Positions 25,885 through 35,962 are shown, numbered from the stretch's first letter. The stretch is DNA of 37,117 nt from Candidatus Hydrogenedentota bacterium (GCA_034408725.1 JAWXCN010000273.1:1-37117); one strand, 5' to 3'. Numbers and translations are program-made. The notes: generated by a model from the letters alone, not told the origin.

Positions 25885-26994
25885 TCACCCAGGCTGGTCA
25901 GCATCTTCTGAAGGCTGGCTTGGTTCCTGAGCGGGTGGCGGCTGGGCCTGCTTATCCGTAATACGAATCACCCGGCGCTGTTTCGTGCTGCGCTCCTGCA
26001 TTCCGTCGATAAACATCATCGAGGCAAAGCTCACCGAAGTCCGCGGATTACCCGTCATTCGGCCAGAAAGGTCGTATCCAAGCAGAACTCCCTTCGATGA
26101 TGGCGGCATCAACTGCATGAAGGCAGAAAGAGCGACCGGCGCGGTGATCGTGCTCTTCGATTCCTCGATATAGGTTTGAAAACTTTTCGTGCGCCGTTCC
26201 TGAATGAGATTGAACGCCTGCATGTCGAGCGCGGAGATATTCTCGATCACGTTGCGCGTAAAGGGCGTGAAATTGTGTTGCGAACCGTATCGCGTGAAAT
26301 CGGAGCAAACTATAATCAGCGTGTGTTCATCGACAATCGCGTTGAGCGTATTCACGATCGTTTCAAGACCGTGTTCATCAAACTTGCCGGTCACCTTGTC
26401 CAGTTTACTCACCAGGATGGGGACAAGTTTGAAATCGCCCAGATGGACTTGCAGGAAAGGCAGTAACACCTCGATGGCTGTCTCGTTTTCGTGCAGCGCG
26501 GTGCGGCCCACGCCGGTACTGCCGTAGGCCTCTTCCCGGTATACCAGCCCGCGAATCTGAATCAGCGAATTTACGCAAATCCTGCGCACGGCCGGCGCGT
26601 CGAGTTCGACGTCACCCAGCGGCGTCCGGAAATATTGCACGGACGGCACCGAACATCCACGGAATTCGCTGTTCATGGCGGGCGCAAGCACTATCACGCG
26701 ACGGTATGTGTTCTGCGGGATGTGCTTGATCGCTTTTGCCATAATTGCGCCCGAAACGGAATAGGGCGAATGCGGCACGATGCAGCCGACAACCGGCCCC
26801 GGCGTTTTCAGCACGGTCACTTCATTGAGATATTGCGTAACCACGGCGCGGAGCTGGGCAGGGTCCGCGGGATAGAACGCGCCTGCCGCAACGGCCCTGC
26901 GAAACCGCAATTCGTTGCCGCTCGCGGACAGGAACAGGGCAACGGCGCACATCGTGATTGCGGCCAAGGCCCCTTGCTTCACCGGGATATTCAT
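25885..26994 (-). CDS. MEMO1 / AmmeMemoRadiSam protein B homolog with signal peptide, degenerate active site
   Basis: RRAVAAGAFYP, IVPH, FRTPLGDV, IEVLLPFLQ, SDFT.YG, SVSFAS. Start placed at ATG 26994 to avoid overlapping the upstream gene. Confidence 0.8.
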   Translation of the reverse strand: MNIPVKQGALAAITMCAVALFLSASGNELRFRRAVAAGAFYPADPAQLRAVVTQYLNEVTVLKTPGPVVGCIVPHSPYSVSGAIMAKAIKHIPQNTYRRVIVLAPAMNSEFRGCSVPSVQYFRTPLGDVELDAPAVRRICVNSLIQIRGLVYREEAYGSTGVGRTALHENETAIEVLLPFLQVHLGDFKLVPILVSKLDKVTGKFDEHGLETIVNTLNAIVDEHTLIIVCSDFTRYGSQHNFTPFTRNVIENISALDMQAFNLIQERRTKSFQTYIEESKSTITAPVALSAFMQLMPPSSKGVLLGYDLSGRMTGNPRTSVSFASMMFIDGMQERSTKQRRVIRITDKQAQPPPAQEPSQPSEDADQPG

Positions 26995-27031
26995 TGCAAC
27001 GATAATAACACAGGACCGCGTGGGCCGCGGG

Positions 27032-28213
27032 CTACATCGAAGTTGGACCGACAGGAGAGTTTTCCGCAGCGAATGACGCGATCTGGGCAGCGCGATGGCG
27101 GTGCGTATGCTCCGCGCTAACGCGTTGGCGCGCTGCCACGCCAAACGCCTCGCATTCGGCTGGATTCGCCAGCAATCGGCGATACGTGTCTGCCGCTTCG
27201 TCCGCTGAATGCACAACGAGCACTTCTTTGCCGTGCTCGAACCAGCGTTCGAGTCCCACAATCGGGTTTGTCACGATGCAGCATCCCATGGCCGCAAGTT
27301 CGAACAGGCGCAAGGTCGACGATCCGTCAACGTCTGCGTGCGTGGAGCGCGCCACATTAAGGTTGATACGCGCGCGCGCGCAAGCCTGCCGCAAACCGTT
27401 GAACGGCACATTGCCGGTGTAGCGCACATGAAGCGGCGTCGGAGGAAAGCCTTTCCCGCCGATGGCAAACGATGCATCGCCCAATGCGTTGCTTGGTGTG
27501 ATGACCATATTCTCGAACCATTCTTCCCGGTATTCCACGCCGTATCCGTAGAAAAACACGTCGTACTCCTTTGGCGCGATTACAGGCGCATACAGTTCGG
27601 GGTCAACGCCCCAGTGTATGGTAGCCACGCGCCGTGCGCCCATGTGGGTCAGCTCATCTGCCCCCGCGACCGAATTGCACATGAATCCGTCGTACTCGGA
27701 AAGGTTCGCGCCGTCGTAGCCGCGGAATCCGGATGCGAACCCGCCGTAGCGTGGCAGGCTCGCAGGCACGTCGCCGTCAAAGAAATAGACCGGCACGTTG
27801 AATCGGGAGCGAATCCGCGCGGGAATGCCGGTGAAGTGGTTCACGGGAACGGAGAAAACAATTACTGCATCGACATTGTGTTCCTGCAAAAGAATACGCT
27901 CGACGTGCGAATGCCACCGCGGACGGACCCACGTATCGATCAGCGTTTTGCTGAGCCGTCCGCCCGCGCCTTCGTGAATGCTCGTCGCGCCCCCGCCAAA
28001 CCACCGCTTCACGGCACCGAATGCCCGGCCCTCTATCTCGCAGGGGTTCGGGTACGAGCGCCACCACGGCGTCGAGAAGGCGTGCCCCGCATAGGGAATC
28101 GCAATGACGTCGTGGCCAAGCTCGTGCAATCCCTTTAGAAACTGCCACCAGGCTGGCGTGCAGCCGTAATTTAACTCAATATCGAGCGCGCTAGCGACGC
28201 AGAGTAGCTTCAT
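27032..28213 (-). CDS. CgeB-family glycosyltransferase (Glyco_trans_1_2)
   Basis: YDVFFYG...YREE, ARINLNV, RLFELAAMGCCIVT, FEHGKEVLV, EHTHRHRA. Confidence 0.85.
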   Translation of the reverse strand: MKLLCVASALDIELNYGCTPAWWQFLKGLHELGHDVIAIPYAGHAFSTPWWRSYPNPCEIEGRAFGAVKRWFGGGATSIHEGAGGRLSKTLIDTWVRPRWHSHVERILLQEHNVDAVIVFSVPVNHFTGIPARIRSRFNVPVYFFDGDVPASLPRYGGFASGFRGYDGANLSEYDGFMCNSVAGADELTHMGARRVATIHWGVDPELYAPVIAPKEYDVFFYGYGVEYREEWFENMVITPSNALGDASFAIGGKGFPPTPLHVRYTGNVPFNGLRQACARARINLNVARSTHADVDGSSTLRLFELAAMGCCIVTNPIVGLERWFEHGKEVLVVHSADEAADTYRRLLANPAECEAFGVAARQRVSAEHTHRHRAAQIASFAAENSPVGPTSM

Positions 28214-28335
28214 GGCGGAATAGTAGCAAAAAAGCCGCGGACCGGGCAGGCCGTGTTATGCGCACAATTTCCGCCGTTTATATTTTTTCGGTATCATGGC
28301 TCAGTTCGCGACGCATTCGGGGGGTTTTTGTATTC

Positions 28336-31300
28336 ATGGTGGTACGATTTGTCCATGCTTTCATTTTCCTTGCGGTCTCAATTTTAAGTTTCACCGCGGA
28401 CGCGGGGGTGCTGCCGTGGCGCGATGCCGCGAAGCAACTCGATCCGCGAGACGCGGCATTCGCACCGGTTGTTGTAACACCCGCGGCGTTTGGCGTTCCT
28501 TGGGGAATTCCATTGGCAGACGGGCCAATTCGCGTGTTGTTTGTGGCCCCGAGGTTCGCATTGCGCGATGCAGCGGAACTGGCCGCGCGCCTTGATGTCG
28601 AAGTGGTGACAGTCGCCCTTTGGGATGCGGCCGCCCTTGGCCGGCCCGACACCTTTCCGCGGGCGATCCCCGGCACATCCGCAGAGGAAGTGCTTGCGTC
28701 ATTGCACGAGAATCTGGACAAGAAGATCGATCTGATCATTGCCGCGAATTTCGATTTCGCAGTCCTGCCTGAAACGGCCTTGCAAACCATCACGGAAAAG
28801 GTCCGCAACGGGACCGGACTTCTGTTGGCGCACCACCGCCACACGCTCCCTGATGCATTGCGCGTGTTCCTCGATGAAGTCGAAGAACATGACGCTGATG
28901 TCATTACCCACGGCATTGGCGAACAACTGACCGGCGAGTGGTCTTCTGGCCTGGGATTCGTGCGCGCCGGCGCAGTTGGCGAAGGGCGCGTCGTTGAGTT
29001 GGATTTGCAGGGCGAACGCCCCGAATACCATTGCCTCGTGCCATCGGTAAGCAACCCCCAGGTGTTCGAGTCCGAACATTTTGATACCTACCTTTCGTTG
29101 GCCGCGCGCGCCGCGCGATGGGCGGCGGGTCGCGACGTGCCCACGATGATCGATCACGTTGAATCAACTGCGATCGAGGGCCCGGAAGCCGTGCAGATTC
29201 CCCCGGGCCTCGAGGAAATGGTGGACGCGAACATGCCGCCCGGCGCGGCGTTGTTTCAACCCTACCGATTGCATCTGCGTACACCCGCCGACCGCACGTA
29301 CACCATTCGCACCCAAGTCCGCCAACCCGGACGCGGCGATACGCCGATCACCAATACCTGGAAGAACGAGCAATTAAAAAAAGGTGCACAAACCTACGAC
29401 TTCTATGTGGTTGCCGGCGCAGGCGAATATTGGCTTGATATTTGGTTGCTAGACAAGAACAACGTCGTCGAATGGTATTCCGAAGTTCTTACCGTTGATG
29501 GCTGGCCAAATATAACGGACTTCACCGTACAGAAGGCCGTCGTGCAGACACATGACAGCGTTGGACTTTCTTTCGTGATGTCCGCGCGTACACGGCCTTG
29601 CATTGCGCTCGCGCGCGCAACAGACACGCTCGGACGCGTGGTCGCGGAGACCCACCAACCTATCGCGCCCGATACGGCCTATGTGCAACTTGGGCTGAAA
29701 TTTTCGGATTTGATCGGGGACCTGCTCAAGGTCGAGGTGTTCGTTTCGGACCGCAATCTTCCCATGATGCCCGAATGGGATACGCACCTCTGTGCGTATG
29801 CGCACCGCTATCTTTCCGTGCGAAGCGTGCCGCAAACGTGGCGCATGGACATCATTACCGACACTGGTGGAAGCGTGGAATTCAATGCGCGAACGGTTTA
29901 CGGCGCGCTCCATAAGGAAGGTTTTACCATCGCCGCCGCGCCTGCCCGCGAAGAATCCGTTCTCGCCCTAGCCCGGCTTGGACTTGGGGTAGTGCCGCTA
30001 GTGGCGTCGTACGCGCCGGAACCGAGCGACGACTCGACGGTCCGAGTGCCGTGCCTGAACGATCCGCGATTAATTGCAAATGAGCAGGAACGCCTAACCG
30101 CGGTCATGCAGTCCGTGGTGGACTATTCGGCCACGGCCTACTCTCTGGGAAATTCCAATGCGTTGACGTATGGGAACGACGATGTCTGCCGCGCGCCCGC
30201 AAGTCTCGCCGCGTTTCACGGCTATCTACAGAAACAATACGGCGATCTCGACGTGTTGAATCGCGCATGGGGCGCCGCGCATCAAACCTGGGAGGGCGTG
30301 GTTCCGCCGACGCTGGAAGAGTCGCGCGCATCGAAGAACTACGCGGGTTGGATCGATTTCCGCCTCTTTATGGACGCGGAATTTGTTTCCGCTCACGTTC
30401 GCGCACGGAACGTGGTGCGCGCCGCCGAACCGCGCGCCCGCGCCGGGATGCGCGCCGACGATTACAACACGTCGTTCGCTGGGATCGATTTGGCCGCGCT
30501 TGCTTCGCGTATGGAATTGATCGCGGCGCCGGCGGACCCGTTTTTGCTTGCGCAGGCCAGAAGCGATCGTCTCGCGCACGCATTAACAGCCGTCACGCTT
30601 CCACGAGAAGCGTTGGACGTATCCGCCTTGCGTTGGCTGCCGTGGTTCTCCGTTCTGCACGGCGCGCAGGCCGTGTGGTGGCCGGATACCTCGGCAACCG
30701 CGACGCACGTGCCACCAGGCGTATCCATTGATCCGCTTGCGAACCCGGTAGCGTATGCCCCGGAGTTTTTCGAGGAAACAAGCGCGTTGCAAACCGGGCT
30801 GGCCGCGCTTGTATTTCGGTCCGCACGCACCGCATCGGGGATCGCCGTCTACGCAAGCAGGCCGAGCGCATGGTTGAATGAGGCGGACGAACAATTTGCG
30901 GATACGAAAGCCGATCCTGCGAAAGCCCTCGGCCAAGTATTACGCGATGCGGGATACACATTCGATATCGTCACTCCGGATCAGTGCGCGAAAGGCAAGC
31001 TCTCCGGGTACCGCGTTTTATTCTTGCCGATGGTGCGCGCGATGAGTGACGATGAAATCAACGCCATCATCGCGTTCCATGCCACTGGCGGCACGGTAAT
31101 AGCCGACGTCGCGCCTGGCGCGTTCGACGAACACGGCGTTCCGCGCACGGCGACAGAATTGGATGCTGTGTTTGGCGTGCGCCGCGTCAAACCGTCAGCG
31201 GCCGGAGAGCCGGTCAACGCCTTGGTCGGACTCTCCATAGGGCCAACTAAAGCATCCGCGGAATTTGAGTCCCTGCGGGCCGACATCGGTATCGAACCGG

Positions 31301-32034
31301 TGAGCGGATTGGTAGGTGGAATTGCGGGGAAAGCCCCCGTCTGGATTACGCTTCGCGAGTCCGCCGGACGGGGCGTATTGTTGAACCATTCCGCGGATGC
31401 GCAATCGCTTGTGCGCGCCACGGGACTGTTGGAAGCCTTTCTCCAGGAAGCGAGCGCGAAACGCGCAATAGAAATCGAGTTGCGCAAAGACCGCGTATTC
31501 GAGGGCGAGCGTTTTTCGTTCACTTTCGGAAATGCCACGCTTATCGGATTGCTTGCCGATACGACGGCAGGGGATGGCGAGCAAAAACTCACGATGCGGT
31601 TTGATCGCGATAAGCATGTCTACAATTTACGGACGCGCATCGCCGAGATGCGCCCGTCGAATGTCAATGTCGATCTCGCTCGAGGCGCGGCAGCGTTATT
31701 TTCCGTGCTGCCTTATGAAGTCCGGCAATGCGTGTTGACCGTCCCAAGCGCGATGGTGGGCACGCGCCTGCCGATACATGTTTCGCTTGAAACCGATGGC
31801 GGCACTCCCGGTGATCACCTCGTTCGCATCGAAGTCTACGCGCTCCGCACCGAAGGCGTCGTGCCGCTCCGCCACTATTTCACGGACATTGTGTGCGCCG
31901 GGGGGGAGGGCGACGGCTATGTGCCGTTCGCGCTGAACGAGCGCGTGGGCACGTATCGAATTGTCGCGCGGGACCTGCTCACCGGCTTGCGCGCTGAGTC
32001 AATTGTGTCGTTGGCAAAGTCGCAACGGGTCTAA
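28336..32034 (+). CDS. Large secreted GH42-like protein with trimerisation-type domain
   Basis: Signal peptide from ATG 28336. Motifs: RVPCLNDP, FHGYLQKQYGDLDVLNRAWG, WIDFRLF, YRVLFLPMVRAMSDDE...GGTVIAD. An alternative start lies at 28258. Confidence 0.7.
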   Translation: MVVRFVHAFIFLAVSILSFTADAGVLPWRDAAKQLDPRDAAFAPVVVTPAAFGVPWGIPLADGPIRVLFVAPRFALRDAAELAARLDVEVVTVALWDAAALGRPDTFPRAIPGTSAEEVLASLHENLDKKIDLIIAANFDFAVLPETALQTITEKVRNGTGLLLAHHRHTLPDALRVFLDEVEEHDADVITHGIGEQLTGEWSSGLGFVRAGAVGEGRVVELDLQGERPEYHCLVPSVSNPQVFESEHFDTYLSLAARAARWAAGRDVPTMIDHVESTAIEGPEAVQIPPGLEEMVDANMPPGAALFQPYRLHLRTPADRTYTIRTQVRQPGRGDTPITNTWKNEQLKKGAQTYDFYVVAGAGEYWLDIWLLDKNNVVEWYSEVLTVDGWPNITDFTVQKAVVQTHDSVGLSFVMSARTRPCIALARATDTLGRVVAETHQPIAPDTAYVQLGLKFSDLIGDLLKVEVFVSDRNLPMMPEWDTHLCAYAHRYLSVRSVPQTWRMDIITDTGGSVEFNARTVYGALHKEGFTIAAAPAREESVLALARLGLGVVPLVASYAPEPSDDSTVRVPCLNDPRLIANEQERLTAVMQSVVDYSATAYSLGNSNALTYGNDDVCRAPASLAAFHGYLQKQYGDLDVLNRAWGAAHQTWEGVVPPTLEESRASKNYAGWIDFRLFMDAEFVSAHVRARNVVRAAEPRARAGMRADDYNTSFAGIDLAALASRMELIAAPADPFLLAQARSDRLAHALTAVTLPREALDVSALRWLPWFSVLHGAQAVWWPDTSATATHVPPGVSIDPLANPVAYAPEFFEETSALQTGLAALVFRSARTASGIAVYASRPSAWLNEADEQFADTKADPAKALGQVLRDAGYTFDIVTPDQCAKGKLSGYRVLFLPMVRAMSDDEINAIIAFHATGGTVIADVAPGAFDEHGVPRTATELDAVFGVRRVKPSAAGEPVNALVGLSIGPTKASAEFESLRADIGIEPVSGLVGGIAGKAPVWITLRESAGRGVLLNHSADAQSLVRATGLLEAFLQEASAKRAIEIELRKDRVFEGERFSFTFGNATLIGLLADTTAGDGEQKLTMRFDRDKHVYNLRTRIAEMRPSNVNVDLARGAAALFSVLPYEVRQCVLTVPSAMVGTRLPIHVSLETDGGTPGDHLVRIEVYALRTEGVVPLRHYFTDIVCAGGEGDGYVPFALNERVGTYRIVARDLLTGLRAESIVSLAKSQRV

Positions 32035-32038
32035 CGGC

Positions 32039-32719
32039 ATGGTCTGCGCGATTCATCAGTTGCACTACCTGCCGTGGTTACGCTATTTCGACAAGATTGA
32101 GCGCTCGGACGTTTTCATCGTGCTCGATAACATTCAGTACAACAAAAATGGTTGGCAGAATCGCAACAAGATCAAGACAAGCACCGGCGAAACGCTGCTC
32201 ACGGTACCCGTCTGCGCGCCTCTCGGTTCGAGGTTGGACGAAGTCCGCATCGATGACACCCAGCCTTGGCGCAGAAAACATTGGGCAACGCTCCAGCAGA
32301 ATTACAGGCGGGCGCCGTACTTCGGGCGGCATGAAACATTTCTGCAATCCATCTATTCGCGGGAATGGCAACGGTTGAATGATGTGAATAGAGTAATGCT
32401 TGAATATTTTGCAAGCGAGATGGACATCGAGACGCCCATTGTATATTCGTCCGAGCTCGATGTTCCCGGTGCCGGCACCGAGCGGCTGGTGAATCTACTC
32501 CAGGCTGTCGGCGCCAAAACGTATTACAGTGGCGCGTATGCGTTGGAAGAATATCTTGATATTGACCAGATAACCGACCGTGGGATTCTGCTCCAATTGC
32601 AGGACTGGCACGCGCCGGTATATCAACAGCTTCACGGAGAATTTGTCCCGGAATTGTCCGTCATCGATCTGATATTGAATTGTGGACCGGCATCCCGAAA
32701 CGTGTTGATCGGGACATGA
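32039..32719 (+). CDS. WbqC-family protein
   Basis: AIHQLHYLPWLRYFDKI, LDNIQY, WQNRN, YYSG, LSVIDLILNCG. Confidence 0.9.
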   Translation: MVCAIHQLHYLPWLRYFDKIERSDVFIVLDNIQYNKNGWQNRNKIKTSTGETLLTVPVCAPLGSRLDEVRIDDTQPWRRKHWATLQQNYRRAPYFGRHETFLQSIYSREWQRLNDVNRVMLEYFASEMDIETPIVYSSELDVPGAGTERLVNLLQAVGAKTYYSGAYALEEYLDIDQITDRGILLQLQDWHAPVYQQLHGEFVPELSVIDLILNCGPASRNVLIGT

Positions 32720-33708
32720 ACCAGATGCAATGGATCGTGCCGCATAGCGCGCCAATGACGGGGACACAAGAAGTCGCCGCCATTACTCGAGTGATCGAGT
32801 CCGGTCATCTTGCGCAAGGCCGCGAAACGCGGGCCTTCGAGGAAGAATGCGCGGCGGTAGTAGGCCGCAAATTCGGTGTCGCGGTCAACAGCGGCACCAG
32901 CGCGTTGCACCTCGTACTTGAAGTCCTCAAATTTGACAGTCCGGTTGTTGTCCCCACCTACGGGTGCGCCGCGCTCATCACCGCGGTTCACCTCGCGGGC
33001 GCGACGCCAATACTTGGCGACATTGGGGAAGACTTCAACCTCGCGCCGGTTTCGTTGAACAACGCCCCTATCATTCTTCCTCACCTGTTTGGCGTGCGCG
33101 CTACGGTCCCGGAATCCGCCCGCGTCATCGAGGACCTTGCGCAATCCATCGGCGGTCCAACGGGAAAATTTGGCGTCGCGGCCATCGCCTCGTTCTACGC
33201 CACTAAAATGATCACCACAGGTGAAGGGGGCATGGTTCTGACTGACGACACGGCGCTGGCCGATGCCGTGCGCGACCGGCGCGACTACGACGGCCGGGAC
33301 GATTTTCAGCGCCGTTACAACTACAAGATGACCGATTTACAGGCGGCAATGGGACGGGAACAACTCAAGCGGCTCCCCGCATTCATTGCCCGGCGACGAT
33401 CCATTGCGCGCGCCTATGACGAAGCCTTCGCCGAACTGCCGATGCAGCTTCCAACTGGAGAGCATCACGTCTATTTTCGCTACGTGGCGCTGACACCGCG
33501 GCGCGCAATGCTCGAGGCGAACCTGAACGCCAATGGGATCGAGGCCAAACGCCCCGTGTTTCGCCCGGCGCACCACTTTCTCGGTGGCGATTTCCCTATG
33601 GCGGAACGGGCCCACAACGAAGCGATTTCCATTCCAATTTATCCGGCCATGTCGAATGAACAGGTGGGTCAGGTAATCGCGGCCGTCCGTGGTTTTTTTG
33701 CGCACTGA
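32716..33708 (+). CDS. DegT/DnrJ/EryC1/StrS PLP-dependent sugar aminotransferase
   Basis: VNSGTSALHL, IEDLAQS, SFYATKMITTGEGG (PLP Lys), YNYKMTDLQAAMG. ATGA overlap with the WbqC gene. Confidence 0.92.
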   Translation: MNQMQWIVPHSAPMTGTQEVAAITRVIESGHLAQGRETRAFEEECAAVVGRKFGVAVNSGTSALHLVLEVLKFDSPVVVPTYGCAALITAVHLAGATPILGDIGEDFNLAPVSLNNAPIILPHLFGVRATVPESARVIEDLAQSIGGPTGKFGVAAIASFYATKMITTGEGGMVLTDDTALADAVRDRRDYDGRDDFQRRYNYKMTDLQAAMGREQLKRLPAFIARRRSIARAYDEAFAELPMQLPTGEHHVYFRYVALTPRRAMLEANLNANGIEAKRPVFRPAHHFLGGDFPMAERAHNEAISIPIYPAMSNEQVGQVIAAVRGFFAH

Positions 33709-33787
33709 GCAAATATAGCCGGTTCGCATGCAAAATAAGTTCCGGTTACGATAGTTCTGGATTCTTGAACGGGGAGCGGGTGACGCA

Positions 33788-34900
33788 ATGCTGGATCAGC
33801 TCCATTATTGGCCGCGTACTTATATCATGTCGGCCTGTGTTTCATTTGTGCTTGCCGCGCTGGGAACGCCAATCGCCATCATGCTGTTCCGGCGCTGGGG
33901 CGTCATTGACCATGTGTCCGGCAACAAAATTCACGACCGCCCCGTGCCCCGCGCAGGCGGCATCGTCATCTTTCTTGCGTTTGCCGTGGGCGTGCTTCTT
34001 CCAAATTACCGTGACAATCCGATGAAGGGCATCATGCTGGGCGCGGGCGTTTGCCTGTTGGTGGGCGCGATCGACGACTGGCGCGGAGGAATCCCCGCCG
34101 TGCTCAAGTTCATGACGCTCCTGATTGTTACGTTCATCATGTCGCGGTACGGGGTCTTGCTGAACATCTTCAACATCTATTGGATTGATCTGATCTTGAC
34201 GATGGTTTGGGTGGTCGGCGTCACGAGTGCTTTTAACGGAATCGACAACATGGATGGACTGGCCGGGGGCGTCTCGACAATCGTCGCGACGATGTACCTG
34301 GCCATTGCGATGCAGGCTTTCGCATCGGCCGGCACCGAGACCTCGTTGTCATGGTTCGGATTGCTCGCCAGCGGCCTCATCGGCGCGAACCTCGGGTTCC
34401 TCATCTACAACTTCAAGCCCGCGCGCATTTTCATGGGTGATGCCGGCAGTTTTTTTCTTGGCTTTACCCTCGCCGCGCTCGGCGTGATGGGAGAATGGAA
34501 CCAGAACCGGATTGTGTCCGTCGCAATACCGGTGCTGATTCTCGGTGTGCCCATATTCGATTTCGCATACATCCTGCTGGCCCGTATTTTGCGCGGCGAA
34601 ACCAGGACCCTCCGGCAGGTCATCGAACATTGCGCGCCGGACCATCTTTCGCACCGGCTGGTATGGATAGGATTCTCGCAGCCGAAGTCGGTGCTTTTTA
34701 TTTATCTCATTGCCATTGCGATGGGGATCAGCGGCGTGTTACTGCGAAACAGCACCAGCTATTTTGATACCGCGCTGGCCCTGTCGCAAGGCTTTGCGAT
34801 TGTCGTGATTGTGATGGTGCTCATGGCAACCGCCGCCCGCCGTCACCAGAACGCGATCGCGGAGGAAGTGGAACGGCTGGGTGAAACCAATCAGTCATAA
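33788..34900 (+). CDS. MraY/WecA/TagO-family undecaprenyl-phosphate HexNAc-1-phosphate transferase
   Basis: KIHDRPVPRAGG, GAIDD, FNGIDNMDGL, YNFKPARIFMGDAGS, DHLSHRL; multi-TM. Confidence 0.92.
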   Translation: MLDQLHYWPRTYIMSACVSFVLAALGTPIAIMLFRRWGVIDHVSGNKIHDRPVPRAGGIVIFLAFAVGVLLPNYRDNPMKGIMLGAGVCLLVGAIDDWRGGIPAVLKFMTLLIVTFIMSRYGVLLNIFNIYWIDLILTMVWVVGVTSAFNGIDNMDGLAGGVSTIVATMYLAIAMQAFASAGTETSLSWFGLLASGLIGANLGFLIYNFKPARIFMGDAGSFFLGFTLAALGVMGEWNQNRIVSVAIPVLILGVPIFDFAYILLARILRGETRTLRQVIEHCAPDHLSHRLVWIGFSQPKSVLFIYLIAIAMGISGVLLRNSTSYFDTALALSQGFAIVVIVMVLMATAARRHQNAIAEEVERLGETNQS

Positions 34901-34953
34901 TAGCGGAACTAAGAAGCTGTCGCCCGCCTTTTTGCGAAAACAGCGATGCGTAC

Positions 34954-35856
34954 TTAGTCGGAAACAAAGATTATCGGCGCGGGGAATAATGGCGGGCCGT
35001 CCGGCAAATCTGGCATGTTCGTGTTTCTGGTGTCCGAAGCTTCGCCACTGCGGGTTCGCGGCCGATAATCAAAATCCAATTCGCCATTACCGTTCGCGTC
35101 ACGTGTCGAGAGATACGCCGCGCGCAAGCTCAGGGCATAGTAGGACTGCTCTGGCATCGTCTCACCCGTTGATGTTAACCAGGCATCTTCGTCCCCGCCG
35201 GGCGGCGTAATAAGCCCCCGCGTATTGATTAAGGGACCGACGCTGAGCAAAACAAACGCATCATATTCAGGCGGCGGCACCACCGTCGCGTCGCCGATGA
35301 TGTTCGCGTTCCATGCGGCGCCGTTCCATTCAGTCCCTACGACCCGCCGCATGCGGTCCATGTCCTTTTTGTAATACGGAACATACACATAGGGACGCTG
35401 AAAATCGGCGTACGTGCCGGTCAACGCCTGCCCGCCGGCATATGGAGGGTCGATGGGCGCCAAATCCAGAAAGTTGTTTATAAACGGAATGAATTCGAGC
35501 CGGCTCAAGGTGTTGTCGCCGTCGGTGTCATAATCGGTACTAAAGCGGTCATATAGTTTGAGCGCGCCATTGATCCCGATGTCCAGCGTGTAATCGTCGT
35601 GTTTGTAAATTGGGTCAGCGTTCGTATCCTGCTGGAACAATTGAAAACCATACCCCGGCGGATACGTGCCAAAATTGGTATAGTAGGCTTGCAACGACGC
35701 AGAAATTGCCTCCATATCAGTCTCGACGTCCGTGATGCGGGCACGCTCCAGGAGGCGCGGCAAGGCGACAGCGGTGAGTCCAAATAGGATGGCCATGATA
35801 GCGATAACGGTCAACAATTCAATGAGCGTAAAGCCCGACGCGCGCACGGCTTTCAT
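34954..35856 (-). CDS. Prepilin-type N-terminal cleavage/methylation domain protein (pseudopilin-like)
   Basis: MKAVRASG/FTLIELLTVIAIMAILFG class III signal, followed by ARITDV...LQAYYTNFGTYP. Confidence 0.88.
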   Translation of the reverse strand: MKAVRASGFTLIELLTVIAIMAILFGLTAVALPRLLERARITDVETDMEAISASLQAYYTNFGTYPPGYGFQLFQQDTNADPIYKHDDYTLDIGINGALKLYDRFSTDYDTDGDNTLSRLEFIPFINNFLDLAPIDPPYAGGQALTGTYADFQRPYVYVPYYKKDMDRMRRVVGTEWNGAAWNANIIGDATVVPPPEYDAFVLLSVGPLINTRGLITPPGGDEDAWLTSTGETMPEQSYYALSLRAAYLSTRDANGNGELDFDYRPRTRSGEASDTRNTNMPDLPDGPPLFPAPIIFVSD

Positions 35857-35895
35857 GAAAAGTTCTCTCCCGTTATGTCAAGGGGCTGCAATGGG

Positions 35896-35924
35896 ATGAT
35901 ACCACGCGATCCGAAAGGCGTCAA
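35896..35924 (-). promoter_or_regulatory. Sigma70-type promoter for the prepilin-like gene
   Basis: Minus strand TTGACG (35924-35919), 17 bp spacer ending in TGG, TATCAT (35901-35896). Confidence 0.6.
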
Positions 35925-35933
35925 ATGGTTGGC

Positions 35934-35962
35934 TTGAAAAAGCTGTGCCATCCCCGTAAACT
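35934..35962 (+). promoter_or_regulatory. Sigma70-type promoter for the helicase (back-to-back with the prepilin promoter)
   Basis: TTGAAA (35934-35939), 17 bp spacer, TAAACT (35957-35962). Confidence 0.5.

Noticed and set aside
27209-28138. 309-aa plus-strand ORF
   Set aside because: Antisense to the CgeB-family glycosyltransferase.
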